Assembly: GCA_963765495.1 (NCBI GenBank)
Contig: CAVXWP010000009.1
Span: 288,001-352,000 of the forward strand
DNA length: 64,000 nucleotides
DNA from: Blastocatellia bacterium
GTDB taxonomy: Bacteria; Acidobacteriota; Blastocatellia; UBA7656
Direction of reading: 5' to 3'
Shown here: in pieces, positions 29,321-38,263 of the stretch
Numbering within the stretch: the first letter of the stretch is position 1
Layout of the letters: every line of letters starts with the position of its first letter
The notes under the pieces: model-generated
Database searches by the model: none
The model's input: only the letters and a program-made list of their open reading frames with translations
What the model was told of the DNA's origin: nothing
Program-made: the position numbers and the translations under genes

Positions 29321-30850
29321 TCAATCCTTCAATCCCAACTGGGTTTCATTCCAACTGCGATGCTTCAACAAAACCAGCGCCCGGCTCCAGTATTCCGACA
29401 TCCGGCGCCGCTCTTTCTCGTCATAGAAACGCAAGCCGAAAAGCAGGAGCGGAAACGACAGCGCGAGCACTACCTTGATCAATATTGACAGATAGAGCCT
29501 GCCCCGGCTTTGCGTTTCGCCCCGCAGAAAATCTATCAGATAAAAGAGCGCCGTAATCCCTCCGCCAACCATCCCGATTGTAAATACCCTCCCCCACTCA
29601 TAACGGACTTTGAAGAAAAGATTCGAGACCTTGTACCTCAAAACGCAAAAGAAGAGGTATGAGAGCAATGTAGCCACCGTAGCGCCCAGCACGGCATAAC
29701 GCGGTATCAACAGAAAATTCAACGCTATGTTTACAAGCAGCGCGGCTGTCGTCACGATTGGCGCGTAGATGGTCCGCTTCCTGAGCGTTATGCCTATGTT
29801 CAGCACGCGAGTGGCGCTATCGAGCACGGCAGACATCGCAAGCAAGGGGATGATGGTCGCGGCGGGCCAGTAGCTTTTCAGGCCATAGAGTCTCAGGCCG
29901 TCCCCGGCTACCGATGATATGCCGAGCGCCAGAAACATGCTGACGAGCGCGATATAGGTGAGCACCCGCGAGTAATATTCTTCGGCTCCCTCTTCATTCA
30001 TCACCGAAAATCGCATGACGGTCCAGACCTGGCTGAAGGGAACGGTCACAAGGATAGTCACTACCGAAATCAGCGTGTTCGACATGGCATAGACGCCAAG
30101 CTCTTTGTCGGTGCCGTATCGTTCGAGAAAGAAGCGGTCGATCATCATAAAGAGCGTGAACGATATCTGTCCGAATATCAGCGGCGTGCCAAAGGTGAGC
30201 ATTCCGCGCAACTCTGAAAATGAAAAGGTGAGCCTCAACTCGCGCCAGACGACAAGGAAAAATATCACCGCCTCAAAGATGGTTCCCGCAAGCCGGCCTA
30301 TCAAAACATTTTCAACCGAGGCATCGACCACTACGACAAGGTAAGAGATCGCAAGCAACTGAAATACGAAGGCTATGATGTTGAGTATCGAATAGCGTGT
30401 CGAGCGAAAATTCACTCTCAGGATCGTATCTGGGATGAGCGTTATGATGTCGAAAAACCCTATATAAAAAATCAGGCGTAAGAGGTTTGCCCGGCTCGCG
30501 TCGCCCGAAAATACAAGCCAGGAAATCTGCGGCGCGAGCATGTATAATGCGCCTGTGAATAGCGCAGACGACAGGAGCAGAAAAATGAGCGTAGTGCCTA
30601 CGATACGATGGCGATGCTCGGGGTCTTCCGTGTCATAGTAATGGCGGAAAAATGCCTGATTCAGGCCGAATTTCAGCACTATGGTCTCAAGCGTCAGCAC
30701 TATCATGACAAGCGACAGAATGCCGAACTCTCTGGCCGTCAGGTGCCGCGCATAGATCGGGACCAGGACAAGGCCGAAGGCGCTGTTTACCACGCTTCCG
30801 ATCCCGAATATGAGCGTGTGCTTTACGGTCTTTTTTATCTTGTCGTAAAT
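29321..30850 (-). CDS. Wzx-type oligosaccharide flippase (start probably ATT 30850; first canonical start GTG 30793)
   Basis: P.Y.R.LT..EFG, DRFFL...LGVY, NIALNFLLIPRY...GA; family-like N-terminus (I)YDKIKKTVKHTLIFG upstream of the GTG. Confidence 0.8.
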   Translation of the reverse strand: MYDKIKKTVKHTLIFGIGSVVNSAFGLVLVPIYARHLTAREFGILSLVMIVLTLETIVLKFGLNQAFFRHYYDTEDPEHRHRIVGTTLIFLLLSSALFTGALYMLAPQISWLVFSGDASRANLLRLIFYIGFFDIITLIPDTILRVNFRSTRYSILNIIAFVFQLLAISYLVVVVDASVENVLIGRLAGTIFEAVIFFLVVWRELRLTFSFSELRGMLTFGTPLIFGQISFTLFMMIDRFFLERYGTDKELGVYAMSNTLISVVTILVTVPFSQVWTVMRFSVMNEEGAEEYYSRVLTYIALVSMFLALGISSVAGDGLRLYGLKSYWPAATIIPLLAMSAVLDSATRVLNIGITLRKRTIYAPIVTTAALLVNIALNFLLIPRYAVLGATVATLLSYLFFCVLRYKVSNLFFKVRYEWGRVFTIGMVGGGITALFYLIDFLRGETQSRGRLYLSILIKVVLALSFPLLLFGLRFYDEKERRRMSEYWSRALVLLKHRSWNETQLGLKD

Positions 30851-30858
30851 CGTAACCC

Positions 30859-33525
30859 TTACTCCTGTCGAGCCGCGCGTCTCTGTCTTCGCACAAACGC
30901 TATGATCAGAAACGCAAAGACGACTCCCGCCCCGGCCAGGCTCGCATAAACGGAAGACCAGAAGGCTGCGGGCGCAAATTGAAATGATACCACATGACCG
31001 CCGGGCGGCACTCTTACGGCCCGCATGGTGATATTGGCTTGCAGGATGTCGGCAGGCTCCCCGTCAATCGTAGCCCTCCAGCCGGGATAGTAATTATCGC
31101 TCAGCACCAGCAGGCCGCCCTGTTCGCTTTCCGTAGAGATCACAACCCGGTTGCGAGCGTCTTCGGTTATCCGAGCCTCGCCGCCGGATTTGAGATTTGA
31201 GATTTGAGATTTGAAATCTGGGGTTTCAGATTGCGAATTATCAGGCGCTTCGATGACGGCAGTCGTGTGAGGGTCGAAACCCGGATCGTTCATCGCCGAG
31301 ATCGCATACGAATGGTTGGGAACCGTCTCCGCCTGCTCCGCAAAGAACGCGCGCGGCAGGGCCTGTTTGTTCTCATAAACCGCGATTCCCTCTTCCGAGG
31401 CAATCAGGTCATAGCCTTCAAGAGGCGGGAGCGAACTGTGAGTCAGCACATACCTGACATTCAACAGGTCGAAATATCGAGAGCGGGCCTGATCGAAGAC
31501 TACGTGGCTCAAGTAGGGCTGTTTCTCGATGAGCGCGGCATACTGGCGATACCACTTTGGAAACTGCTGATTCTTTCCCGTCACGGTCGAGATGCGATAG
31601 GGCAGCAGAGTGTTTGGCGGGGCGATGATCTTCTCTCTATCGGGCAAATCCGACGCCCGGCGATTCGTGTCGAGATCGGAAGGGACTATGAGCACGCGGC
31701 CCGGTGGGAGCCGGTGCAACAATTCGGTTATCTTTGTTTCGGGAAAGACACGCGAGCGATCAAAGGTCGGGTTGAATTGCGCGCTGTTCCAGAAGAGGTC
31801 TACTAAAAGCATTAGCATCAACAGGGCAAAAAAAGCTCTGCTACTCAACTGCGACGAAGCGAATTTGCTCAGCAGGATTACAACTCCGACAATCAGCGCG
31901 AGCGGTATGATCAGCGCGGCATCGGGCGGCGTAAACTGAGCGGCAAGCGCGGCTGCCGATCTTCGCAGGAAAGCGATTTTACCCGATTGCTCGTTGTCCA
32001 GGGCGAATCCGGTTAGCTCTAACAGGTAAGACGCGATGACTCCTAAAATCACAAATGCGATTGCTCCCCACAGAAACTTTCGAGCGATGCGGGCAAAAGA
32101 AGCTAGCAGGTCCGGCTTCGCACTCAAGAGCAAATCGATTCCAAACGCGGCAAGCACAGCCGCCGCGAATATGAACAGTACCCAGGCGCGAACTATCACG
32201 CGAATGACCTGCAAGACGGGGATAAACCTCGTCATATGAACATAAATCGGAGCCGCAATCATTATGACCAGAGCAAGGGCGGCAAGCAGGGCGAAGAAGA
32301 CGACGCGGGGACGCTGAGACGCTGAGAGGCGGCGATTCTGTTTCAGCCAGAAAAGGCCGAAGCCGAGCGGGGCAAGCGCGGCAATGCCCATATACAGGAT
32401 GTGGTCGTGCGAGACTCCGAGCGCGGTAAAGATTCTGACTATTTCGGCGTCGTCGGCCGTGCCAAAGAGATTAGGAAAAACCAGCGTAAACAGATACCAC
32501 GGGGGCAAGTAGATGTAACCCAGTTCCGTTGGCACTATGCGCCGGTTTGAAAATCTGAGCAATTGCATCACGGGAATCCACGCGGGGGCCGCAAGCAGGA
32601 AACCTACCACGAGAGTTACGGCAAGCATCCCGAGCGCATTCAAGTTTTTCTTTGACCGCCAGTTCTTGAATTCGAATGCAAAGAATAGGTAGTAGAGCGC
32701 AATCGCGCCTACGTAATAAATCTGGTTCTGCATCCATCCGCAATAAAATTGCAGCGCCAGGAAGACGCCCGCGATAATCGCCTGCGTGTAGCTCTGCTGC
32801 CTTGCGGCGCGGTCTACGAACAGCAGGATCAGCGGCAGCCACATAAGCCCGCCCCACCATCCAAGCCCCGTAACGTGTAATAACGAATGCGACGACAGAA
32901 CGAATACGAGCGCGCCAAGCAGGCTGGCGGGCTCGCTCGCGCCCACTCCGATAAGAAAGATGTACATGAAGATTGCCGCAAGCATCAGTTCAAAGATGCG
33001 GGCGAGTGAATAGCCTAGCGGCACGTCAAAGAATTTATAGAAAAGCAGAAAAGGCGAAAGCGTTCTGGTCACTCCGTCGGCATAGATGGGGTGCCCCGCC
33101 ATCGTGTAGGGATTCCACAACGGCATCTCTCCATCGCGGTACGCCTGAACCACAAAGTAATCGCGCGTTATATAGGTATCGGTCAGATCGCGGCGGTTGT
33201 AGTTGTAATCGATGCTCTCGCCCGCGTAGTACCCCCAGGGAAGCTGATTGTTGAGCGTGGCTACATCGACAAAAGTCTCGCCAAGAAAGAGCACCCGCCA
33301 GAACAGGGCTATGATAACCAGCGCGAGAAACGAGGCATTTACAGCGTGGCGCTGAAAGGATGAAGGATGAGGGATGAGGGATTTCAGGAGGGATAAGGGA
33401 TGAGGGATGAGGGATTTCAGGAGGGATGAGGGATGAGGGATGAGGGATGAAAAGGACTCTGAGGAATTATCCTGATAACCAGCGGGCCGCTTTTCATCAG
33501 ACTGTCGCGTCAGAATCTTTTTCAT
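30859..33525 (-). CDS. YfhO-family GT-C membrane protein
   Basis: GEMPLWNPY..AG.P, LLNVRYV, ALPRAF, LVLSDNYYPGW.A.IDG, RAV.VP.G.H. Confidence 0.88.
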   Translation of the reverse strand: MKKILTRQSDEKRPAGYQDNSSESFSSLIPHPSSLLKSLIPHPLSLLKSLIPHPSSFQRHAVNASFLALVIIALFWRVLFLGETFVDVATLNNQLPWGYYAGESIDYNYNRRDLTDTYITRDYFVVQAYRDGEMPLWNPYTMAGHPIYADGVTRTLSPFLLFYKFFDVPLGYSLARIFELMLAAIFMYIFLIGVGASEPASLLGALVFVLSSHSLLHVTGLGWWGGLMWLPLILLFVDRAARQQSYTQAIIAGVFLALQFYCGWMQNQIYYVGAIALYYLFFAFEFKNWRSKKNLNALGMLAVTLVVGFLLAAPAWIPVMQLLRFSNRRIVPTELGYIYLPPWYLFTLVFPNLFGTADDAEIVRIFTALGVSHDHILYMGIAALAPLGFGLFWLKQNRRLSASQRPRVVFFALLAALALVIMIAAPIYVHMTRFIPVLQVIRVIVRAWVLFIFAAAVLAAFGIDLLLSAKPDLLASFARIARKFLWGAIAFVILGVIASYLLELTGFALDNEQSGKIAFLRRSAAALAAQFTPPDAALIIPLALIVGVVILLSKFASSQLSSRAFFALLMLMLLVDLFWNSAQFNPTFDRSRVFPETKITELLHRLPPGRVLIVPSDLDTNRRASDLPDREKIIAPPNTLLPYRISTVTGKNQQFPKWYRQYAALIEKQPYLSHVVFDQARSRYFDLLNVRYVLTHSSLPPLEGYDLIASEEGIAVYENKQALPRAFFAEQAETVPNHSYAISAMNDPGFDPHTTAVIEAPDNSQSETPDFKSQISNLKSGGEARITEDARNRVVISTESEQGGLLVLSDNYYPGWRATIDGEPADILQANITMRAVRVPPGGHVVSFQFAPAAFWSSVYASLAGAGVVFAFLIIAFVRRQRRAARQE
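31187..31219. repeat. Family D heptamer run (TTTGAGA)n translated inside yfhO
   Basis: gatttgagatttgagatttgagatttgaaatct reads as DFKSQISNLKS. Confidence 0.75.
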
Positions 33526-33552
33526 CCCTCATCCCTCATCCCTCATCCCTCA
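33357..33552. repeat. Family E heptamer hairpin (GGGATGA)n ... (TCATCCC)n
   Basis: About 12 units in the left arm and 4 in the right; overlaps the yfhO start and the upstream stop. Confidence 0.85.
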
Positions 33553-35193
33553 AAGGTATCCCAGGCTGCGTAGTTTTTCTTCGATTAATTTTTCTTCCGA
33601 TTCGGTCAGCCTGCTTTCAGGCGCGGACGAAGTGGAAGCGGGTGAATCGGTTTGCAAAGGATGTTGAGCCAGAAAATCATCGGCGCAGGCTTCCGTTAAG
33701 ACGCGCCCGTCGAGGTCGCCGGGTACGGGAAGCCCGGCCAGATACATAATCGTTGGAACAAGGTCGTAAACCGTGGGCGAAGCAATCGCGGCTTGCGGGC
33801 GTATGCCGGGCCCTTTGCAAATCAGGATGCCTTCCTGTCTGTGGTCGCCACTCCACCAGAACCCGCGAGCGCGCACCTCGTCGGGCGGCTCGCCAAGATT
33901 CGCCTGCGTATTCCAGTAAACATACAGGTCGCTTGCTCGGGTGGTGAACGGGCCTCGGTAGACCTCATCGCGCATGGCTACGCGCTCGACCACAGGGTTG
34001 CCGCGCGCATCGGTCCACTGGCTCAATTTTTCGATGATCTGTTTGCAGGTCTTTTTATAGTCTGCGGCAGGGACGCGGCCTTCCGCATTGCGTCCGGCAA
34101 GATTGATGTTTATAACGTGGCGGCCCGGTTCCGTGTAAGCCATGGTGCGCGACCAGTCGATTGATGAGTAAAACGAATCTTTTTCAACCGCCTGCAATCT
34201 TTCGACGCGAGATGCGCCCATGCCCGATTTGATCTTTTCTCTGATCGAGGGAGGCAGCAGAGTGCGCGCCGCGCGTTTGCCCGCGCCTATCAAAGAGGCG
34301 CGAGTCTGAGCCTGATTGCTGCGCGTCATGAAGCCGTTTGATTCGAGCCATTCGGCCAGATGATAAGACGCGCCCGTGTGCGGTCCCATACCATGATCTG
34401 AAATGACGTAGACCTGAGTGCTGCTGTCTGCGTGCTTCAATAAAACGGCCATCGCAGAATCGAGCGCCTTATAGATCGAAAGCAACGCATCGCCCGACCC
34501 AACGGCCCCGGCCTTTTCAGGCTCGTCTTGATTATGGTCGAGATACCTCCAGAGGTTATGGCCGCCCCAGTCGCTTGCGGTGTAAACGGTCATGAAAAAA
34601 TCTGTGGAGCGCGACTCCAAGAGGTATTCGGCGGCGGCGGTCTGAGCTTCGATCAGCTTCATCCAGAGGGCTATCGCATCATCGATCCGACCCGCGCTCA
34701 TCAAATCGCCAAGCCCCTGCGGCGTGAAGTGATAATCGGGAACGCGCGCGAGCAACTGAGAGCGAAGCTCTGCGGGAGAGAACGCATCTTCATTTAGTGC
34801 CGGAGCATCGAGACCACTCACAAGGAATCCGCCCGGCGCGCACTCGGCCGGGTAAGTCATCGGCACGTTGAGAAACCCCGAGGTCAAACCGTGTCGGTGA
34901 AGGTGCGCGCCTACGAGTTCGCCGTGCCGGTCTCCGCCTTTGAAAAAGACCTGGCGGCCTGTCTCGAAATCCCGATCCGAAAAGACAAACAATCCGTGGC
35001 GACCGGGATTGAGTCCCGTAAGAATGGAGGTCCACGCCGATGCGCTGTGCATATTCGGGGTTGATAGAAAACGCGAGCTTGCGCCTTCCTCGATCAACCC
35101 GGCGATGACAGGCAACTGGCCCGCCCGACACCACGGCTCAATCAAATCCATCGTAGCCGCATCGAGTCCGATGACTAAAATCTTTGGCTTCAT
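33550..35193 (-). CDS. AlkP-superfamily NPP-like protein (paralog 3)
   Basis: IGLDA, NMHSASAWTS..TG.NPG.HG, DWGGH, SDHG, GDH; tail EEKLRSLGYL. Confidence 0.85.
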   Translation of the reverse strand: MKPKILVIGLDAATMDLIEPWCRAGQLPVIAGLIEEGASSRFLSTPNMHSASAWTSILTGLNPGRHGLFVFSDRDFETGRQVFFKGGDRHGELVGAHLHRHGLTSGFLNVPMTYPAECAPGGFLVSGLDAPALNEDAFSPAELRSQLLARVPDYHFTPQGLGDLMSAGRIDDAIALWMKLIEAQTAAAEYLLESRSTDFFMTVYTASDWGGHNLWRYLDHNQDEPEKAGAVGSGDALLSIYKALDSAMAVLLKHADSSTQVYVISDHGMGPHTGASYHLAEWLESNGFMTRSNQAQTRASLIGAGKRAARTLLPPSIREKIKSGMGASRVERLQAVEKDSFYSSIDWSRTMAYTEPGRHVININLAGRNAEGRVPAADYKKTCKQIIEKLSQWTDARGNPVVERVAMRDEVYRGPFTTRASDLYVYWNTQANLGEPPDEVRARGFWWSGDHRQEGILICKGPGIRPQAAIASPTVYDLVPTIMYLAGLPVPGDLDGRVLTEACADDFLAQHPLQTDSPASTSSAPESRLTESEEKLIEEKLRSLGYL

Positions 35194-35206
35194 AGAAAAC
35201 TTCGGG

Positions 35207-35237
35207 TCTCAAATCTCAAATCTCAAACCTGAGATCA
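35207..35237. repeat. Family D heptamer run starting at a stop codon
   Basis: Minus strand TGA-TCTCAGG-TTTGAGA x3. Confidence 0.7.
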
Positions 35238-36848
35238 TTCGATGTATCCGAGTGCTCGCAATCGCTCGCGCAATTCGGCCTCTTCACCTTCCTTGTAAAC
35301 CGGCTCAGACTCGGGGCCGTCTTTTCCGCCCTGCCTGTATGAACTCCCCTGCCGCGCAAGTTCTTGATGGTCGGTGAAGATTTCTGTGAGCGCCCGCCCG
35401 TCCATGTCTTCGGTGAGCGGAGAGCCGAGCGAGTAAAGCGCCGTCGGGCCTACATCGCGGAGGTTTGGCAAAGGGTCGAAATCGGTCTGACTCTTTATGC
35501 CCCGGCCCCAGGCGATAAATATCCCGTCGCGCGAGTGCGTACCCGTAGTCGAATCGGCCGGGACTATCAGGTCGCCATAGCTCGGGCGTTCGTTGTATAC
35601 GTATTCGTCTCGTCTGGGGATCATCACAAGATCGGGCAGGCGGTCGGCCCATCGCCCTCGAAATGCTTCCTTGCGGCTCATTACTTTCTCAAATACCGGC
35701 TCGCCGTCTTCGGGCGAGATCAATTTTTTTAACGCCGCTCGCGCTTCTTCAAGCACTTCATCAAACCGGCTTTCGCTCACCCTTCCCTGCGGCTCGCGTC
35801 CCGCCAGATTTACCCACACGCCCTTGTCTTGAGCGAAAAAGGCGCGGGTGCGTTTCCAGTCGATTTCGTCCAGGAACGCGCTGCCGTAAGCTACCTTGCG
35901 ATCGAGCACGCTGCCCGAGGGGGTCGAGGGCAAGAGCCGCCGCGAGATTTTTTCTTTTAGCGATCTCACCTTTGCCCGGCCTTTTCTTGAAGCCGGGGTC
36001 TTGAATGCTAGCAACCCCGCAGATGCCAGCACTTCATTTACGCGCACCTCGAATAGCTCCGAGCAGAAACCGTGATCCGACACTATGAAGACCCGCGCAT
36101 CGGCGGGTAAACGTTCGATCAGGCGACCGAGCGCCGCGTCGAGTTGTTCGTATGTCTCGTGGATAAACGAGCGAAACTCGCGTGGCGCGTTTGGGTCGTG
36201 GCGCGGATGCAAAGGGTCCATGTCGGCCCAGTAATCGTGCTGCGCGCGGTCGAGCACGGAAAAGACCATCATCAGAAAATCCCATTCGCCCTTATCCATC
36301 AAAAATTGAGTGACGCGCTCGTGCATAAGTGTTGCTCGACGGAATTCGTCGGCGCGGGCGCGTTTATCGGGGTTTCGAGTCGGCTCTATGATGTAATCGG
36401 GCAGTCGGGCCAGTATCTCTTCCTTAAGCGAGTGCGGGTGCGTGTAATCCGATGACGCGCCGGGCGTGAGCATCCCCGTGACCATAAAGCCGTTTATCGC
36501 TTCGGGCGGATAAGTGGTCGGAACGTTTACCACGATTGAACGCCCTCCGCCGCGCTCGGTCAGCAAATCCCAGACGGGCCGGGTCATTATATCGCGCCCG
36601 CTCATGGCGTGTACGCCGTAGCTTGCCCTGTCTTTTATAAAAGGCGAAAAGACGCCGTGCATCCCTTCGCTTGTTCCCGTAGTGCAGCTTGCCCAGCCCG
36701 GAAAGCTGTTTGGCAGAATGGTCGAACGAAGCGGCGCGTGACACCCTTCTGCCATCAGGCGAGACAAAACGGGCAGGCGTCCCGCTTCCGCTAGAGGCGT
36801 GATCAGATCAAAAGTCGCGCCGTCGAGTCCTAAGATTACTGTCTTCAT
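35235..36848 (-). CDS. AlkP-superfamily NPP-like protein (paralog 2)
   Basis: LGLDG, LPNSFPGW.S..TG, DRAQH, SDHG, GTH; tail RERLRALGYIE. Confidence 0.85.
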   Translation of the reverse strand: MKTVILGLDGATFDLITPLAEAGRLPVLSRLMAEGCHAPLRSTILPNSFPGWASCTTGTSEGMHGVFSPFIKDRASYGVHAMSGRDIMTRPVWDLLTERGGGRSIVVNVPTTYPPEAINGFMVTGMLTPGASSDYTHPHSLKEEILARLPDYIIEPTRNPDKRARADEFRRATLMHERVTQFLMDKGEWDFLMMVFSVLDRAQHDYWADMDPLHPRHDPNAPREFRSFIHETYEQLDAALGRLIERLPADARVFIVSDHGFCSELFEVRVNEVLASAGLLAFKTPASRKGRAKVRSLKEKISRRLLPSTPSGSVLDRKVAYGSAFLDEIDWKRTRAFFAQDKGVWVNLAGREPQGRVSESRFDEVLEEARAALKKLISPEDGEPVFEKVMSRKEAFRGRWADRLPDLVMIPRRDEYVYNERPSYGDLIVPADSTTGTHSRDGIFIAWGRGIKSQTDFDPLPNLRDVGPTALYSLGSPLTEDMDGRALTEIFTDHQELARQGSSYRQGGKDGPESEPVYKEGEEAELRERLRALGYIE

Positions 36849-38191
36849 TTATACATCGAGCGCCCATCCATCCCGGCAGGCACCTGAAGCCCCATCGAGG
36901 AGAGCAAAGTCGGAGCAACATCCGTTATGTGAGGCTTATCAGAGCGCAGTTCGCCGGCCTGCGAGCTTATGAATAGCGTAGCGTCATCCTGCGTGTGCAT
37001 CCCCGTAAAGATTTCGCGGTCCATCAACTCCGTCTTATTTACCGCGCCCTTCAGATCGTAGCCGTAGACGGGCTGCGCGCACAGATCGGGGGCCGACAAA
37101 AGAGCGGGGCCTCGAAATAACTCGTCGCGTTCGTAAACCCGACCGACTACCCTCTGCCCTTCATCGCTTATCTCCGAAAGCCCCTGCTTTATCTCTTGGA
37201 TCAGCCTTCCCGCATCCTCAGGGTCGACCGTGCCGCCCGGATACCTGCCCTTCAGATTTATGTAGACGCGACCGGGGTCCATAGCAAATGCCCGCGAGCC
37301 TTCGGCTATCTCTTCAATCGAGCGCGCATTATCTTTGAGGTTGAGATAGCCGTGATCGGCAAGCCATCGGTTCAAATAGACCTGTTTCTTTATCCCCGTA
37401 AAACCGTGATCGCTCATCAGCATAACGGTCTCGTCGCGCAATCGTTCGCCAATCTGCCCGATAAAATGATCTACGCGGCTGTAAAACTCTCTGAAGGCCG
37501 AATGGTATTTGTGATTCTCGTCTTCAATCGCGTCCATGAAGAAATGCTGCAAGCGGTCGGTTTCGGTCACTACGCCTACAAACAGGTCCCACGGCTCGTT
37601 GTCATACAGATCGAGCATCACAGCCACGCGGCGTTCGAGCGCCTTAAGGATGTCGTCCATCAGCGCATCGTGCGACTGCTGCACTTTGCGCGCATCAACG
37701 TCGATGCGATAATCCATCCGTTCGAGCTTTGGAACAAGCTCTGCCGGGTAGGTGGCTTTCTTTATATCAATAGCCACAAACCCTGAAATGAGTATGCCGT
37801 TCAAAGGCTTTGCCGGATAAGTCGAAGGCACGTTGATGACGATTGAGCGGCGGCCCTGACTGCCCACGGCGTCCCAAAGCGTCTGGCTCTTGATGTGGCG
37901 CGAATTTGGGAAATAGATTTTGTAGCTGTTCGGCTGAAGATCGAGAAATCCGTAAATACCGTGGCGTCCGGGGTTTGCGCCGGTCATAAAAGATGTCCAC
38001 GCCACAGATGAGATGTCCGGGATGGAAGTGTCCATCTGGAGCAGGGTTCCGCGCCGGGCCATCTCACCCATTCGCGGCATGGTGCCGTCTTCGATAAAGC
38101 GGCGCATCAGCGTGCAGGGAGTGCCGTCGAGCCCGAGAAGTACGGCGCGGCGCGGCGACTCCTTTGATTTGAATCTGTCAAACAGTCCCAT
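36845..38191 (-). CDS. AlkP-superfamily NPP-like protein (paralog 1, no LGY tail)
   Basis: LGLDG, PDISSVAWTS..TG.NPG.HG, DRLQH, SDHG, GMH; ends MDGRSMYK. Confidence 0.85.
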   Translation of the reverse strand: MGLFDRFKSKESPRRAVLLGLDGTPCTLMRRFIEDGTMPRMGEMARRGTLLQMDTSIPDISSVAWTSFMTGANPGRHGIYGFLDLQPNSYKIYFPNSRHIKSQTLWDAVGSQGRRSIVINVPSTYPAKPLNGILISGFVAIDIKKATYPAELVPKLERMDYRIDVDARKVQQSHDALMDDILKALERRVAVMLDLYDNEPWDLFVGVVTETDRLQHFFMDAIEDENHKYHSAFREFYSRVDHFIGQIGERLRDETVMLMSDHGFTGIKKQVYLNRWLADHGYLNLKDNARSIEEIAEGSRAFAMDPGRVYINLKGRYPGGTVDPEDAGRLIQEIKQGLSEISDEGQRVVGRVYERDELFRGPALLSAPDLCAQPVYGYDLKGAVNKTELMDREIFTGMHTQDDATLFISSQAGELRSDKPHITDVAPTLLSSMGLQVPAGMDGRSMYK

Positions 38192-38202
38192 GCTAAAATC
38201 CA

Positions 38203-38260
38203 GAGTTTTGAGTTTTGAGTTTTGAGTTTTGAATTAACTCAAAATTCAAAACTCAAAACT
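38203..38260. repeat. Family F heptamer hairpin (GAGTTTT)n ... (CTCAAAA)n
   Basis: Directly downstream of cysC; centre gaattaactc. Confidence 0.85.
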
Positions 38261-38263
38261 TGC

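Noticed and set aside
27351-38191. Calling the AlkP-fold genes sulfatases
   Set aside because: No C/S-x-P-x-R formylglycine motif; motifs match the NPP/phosphodiesterase branch
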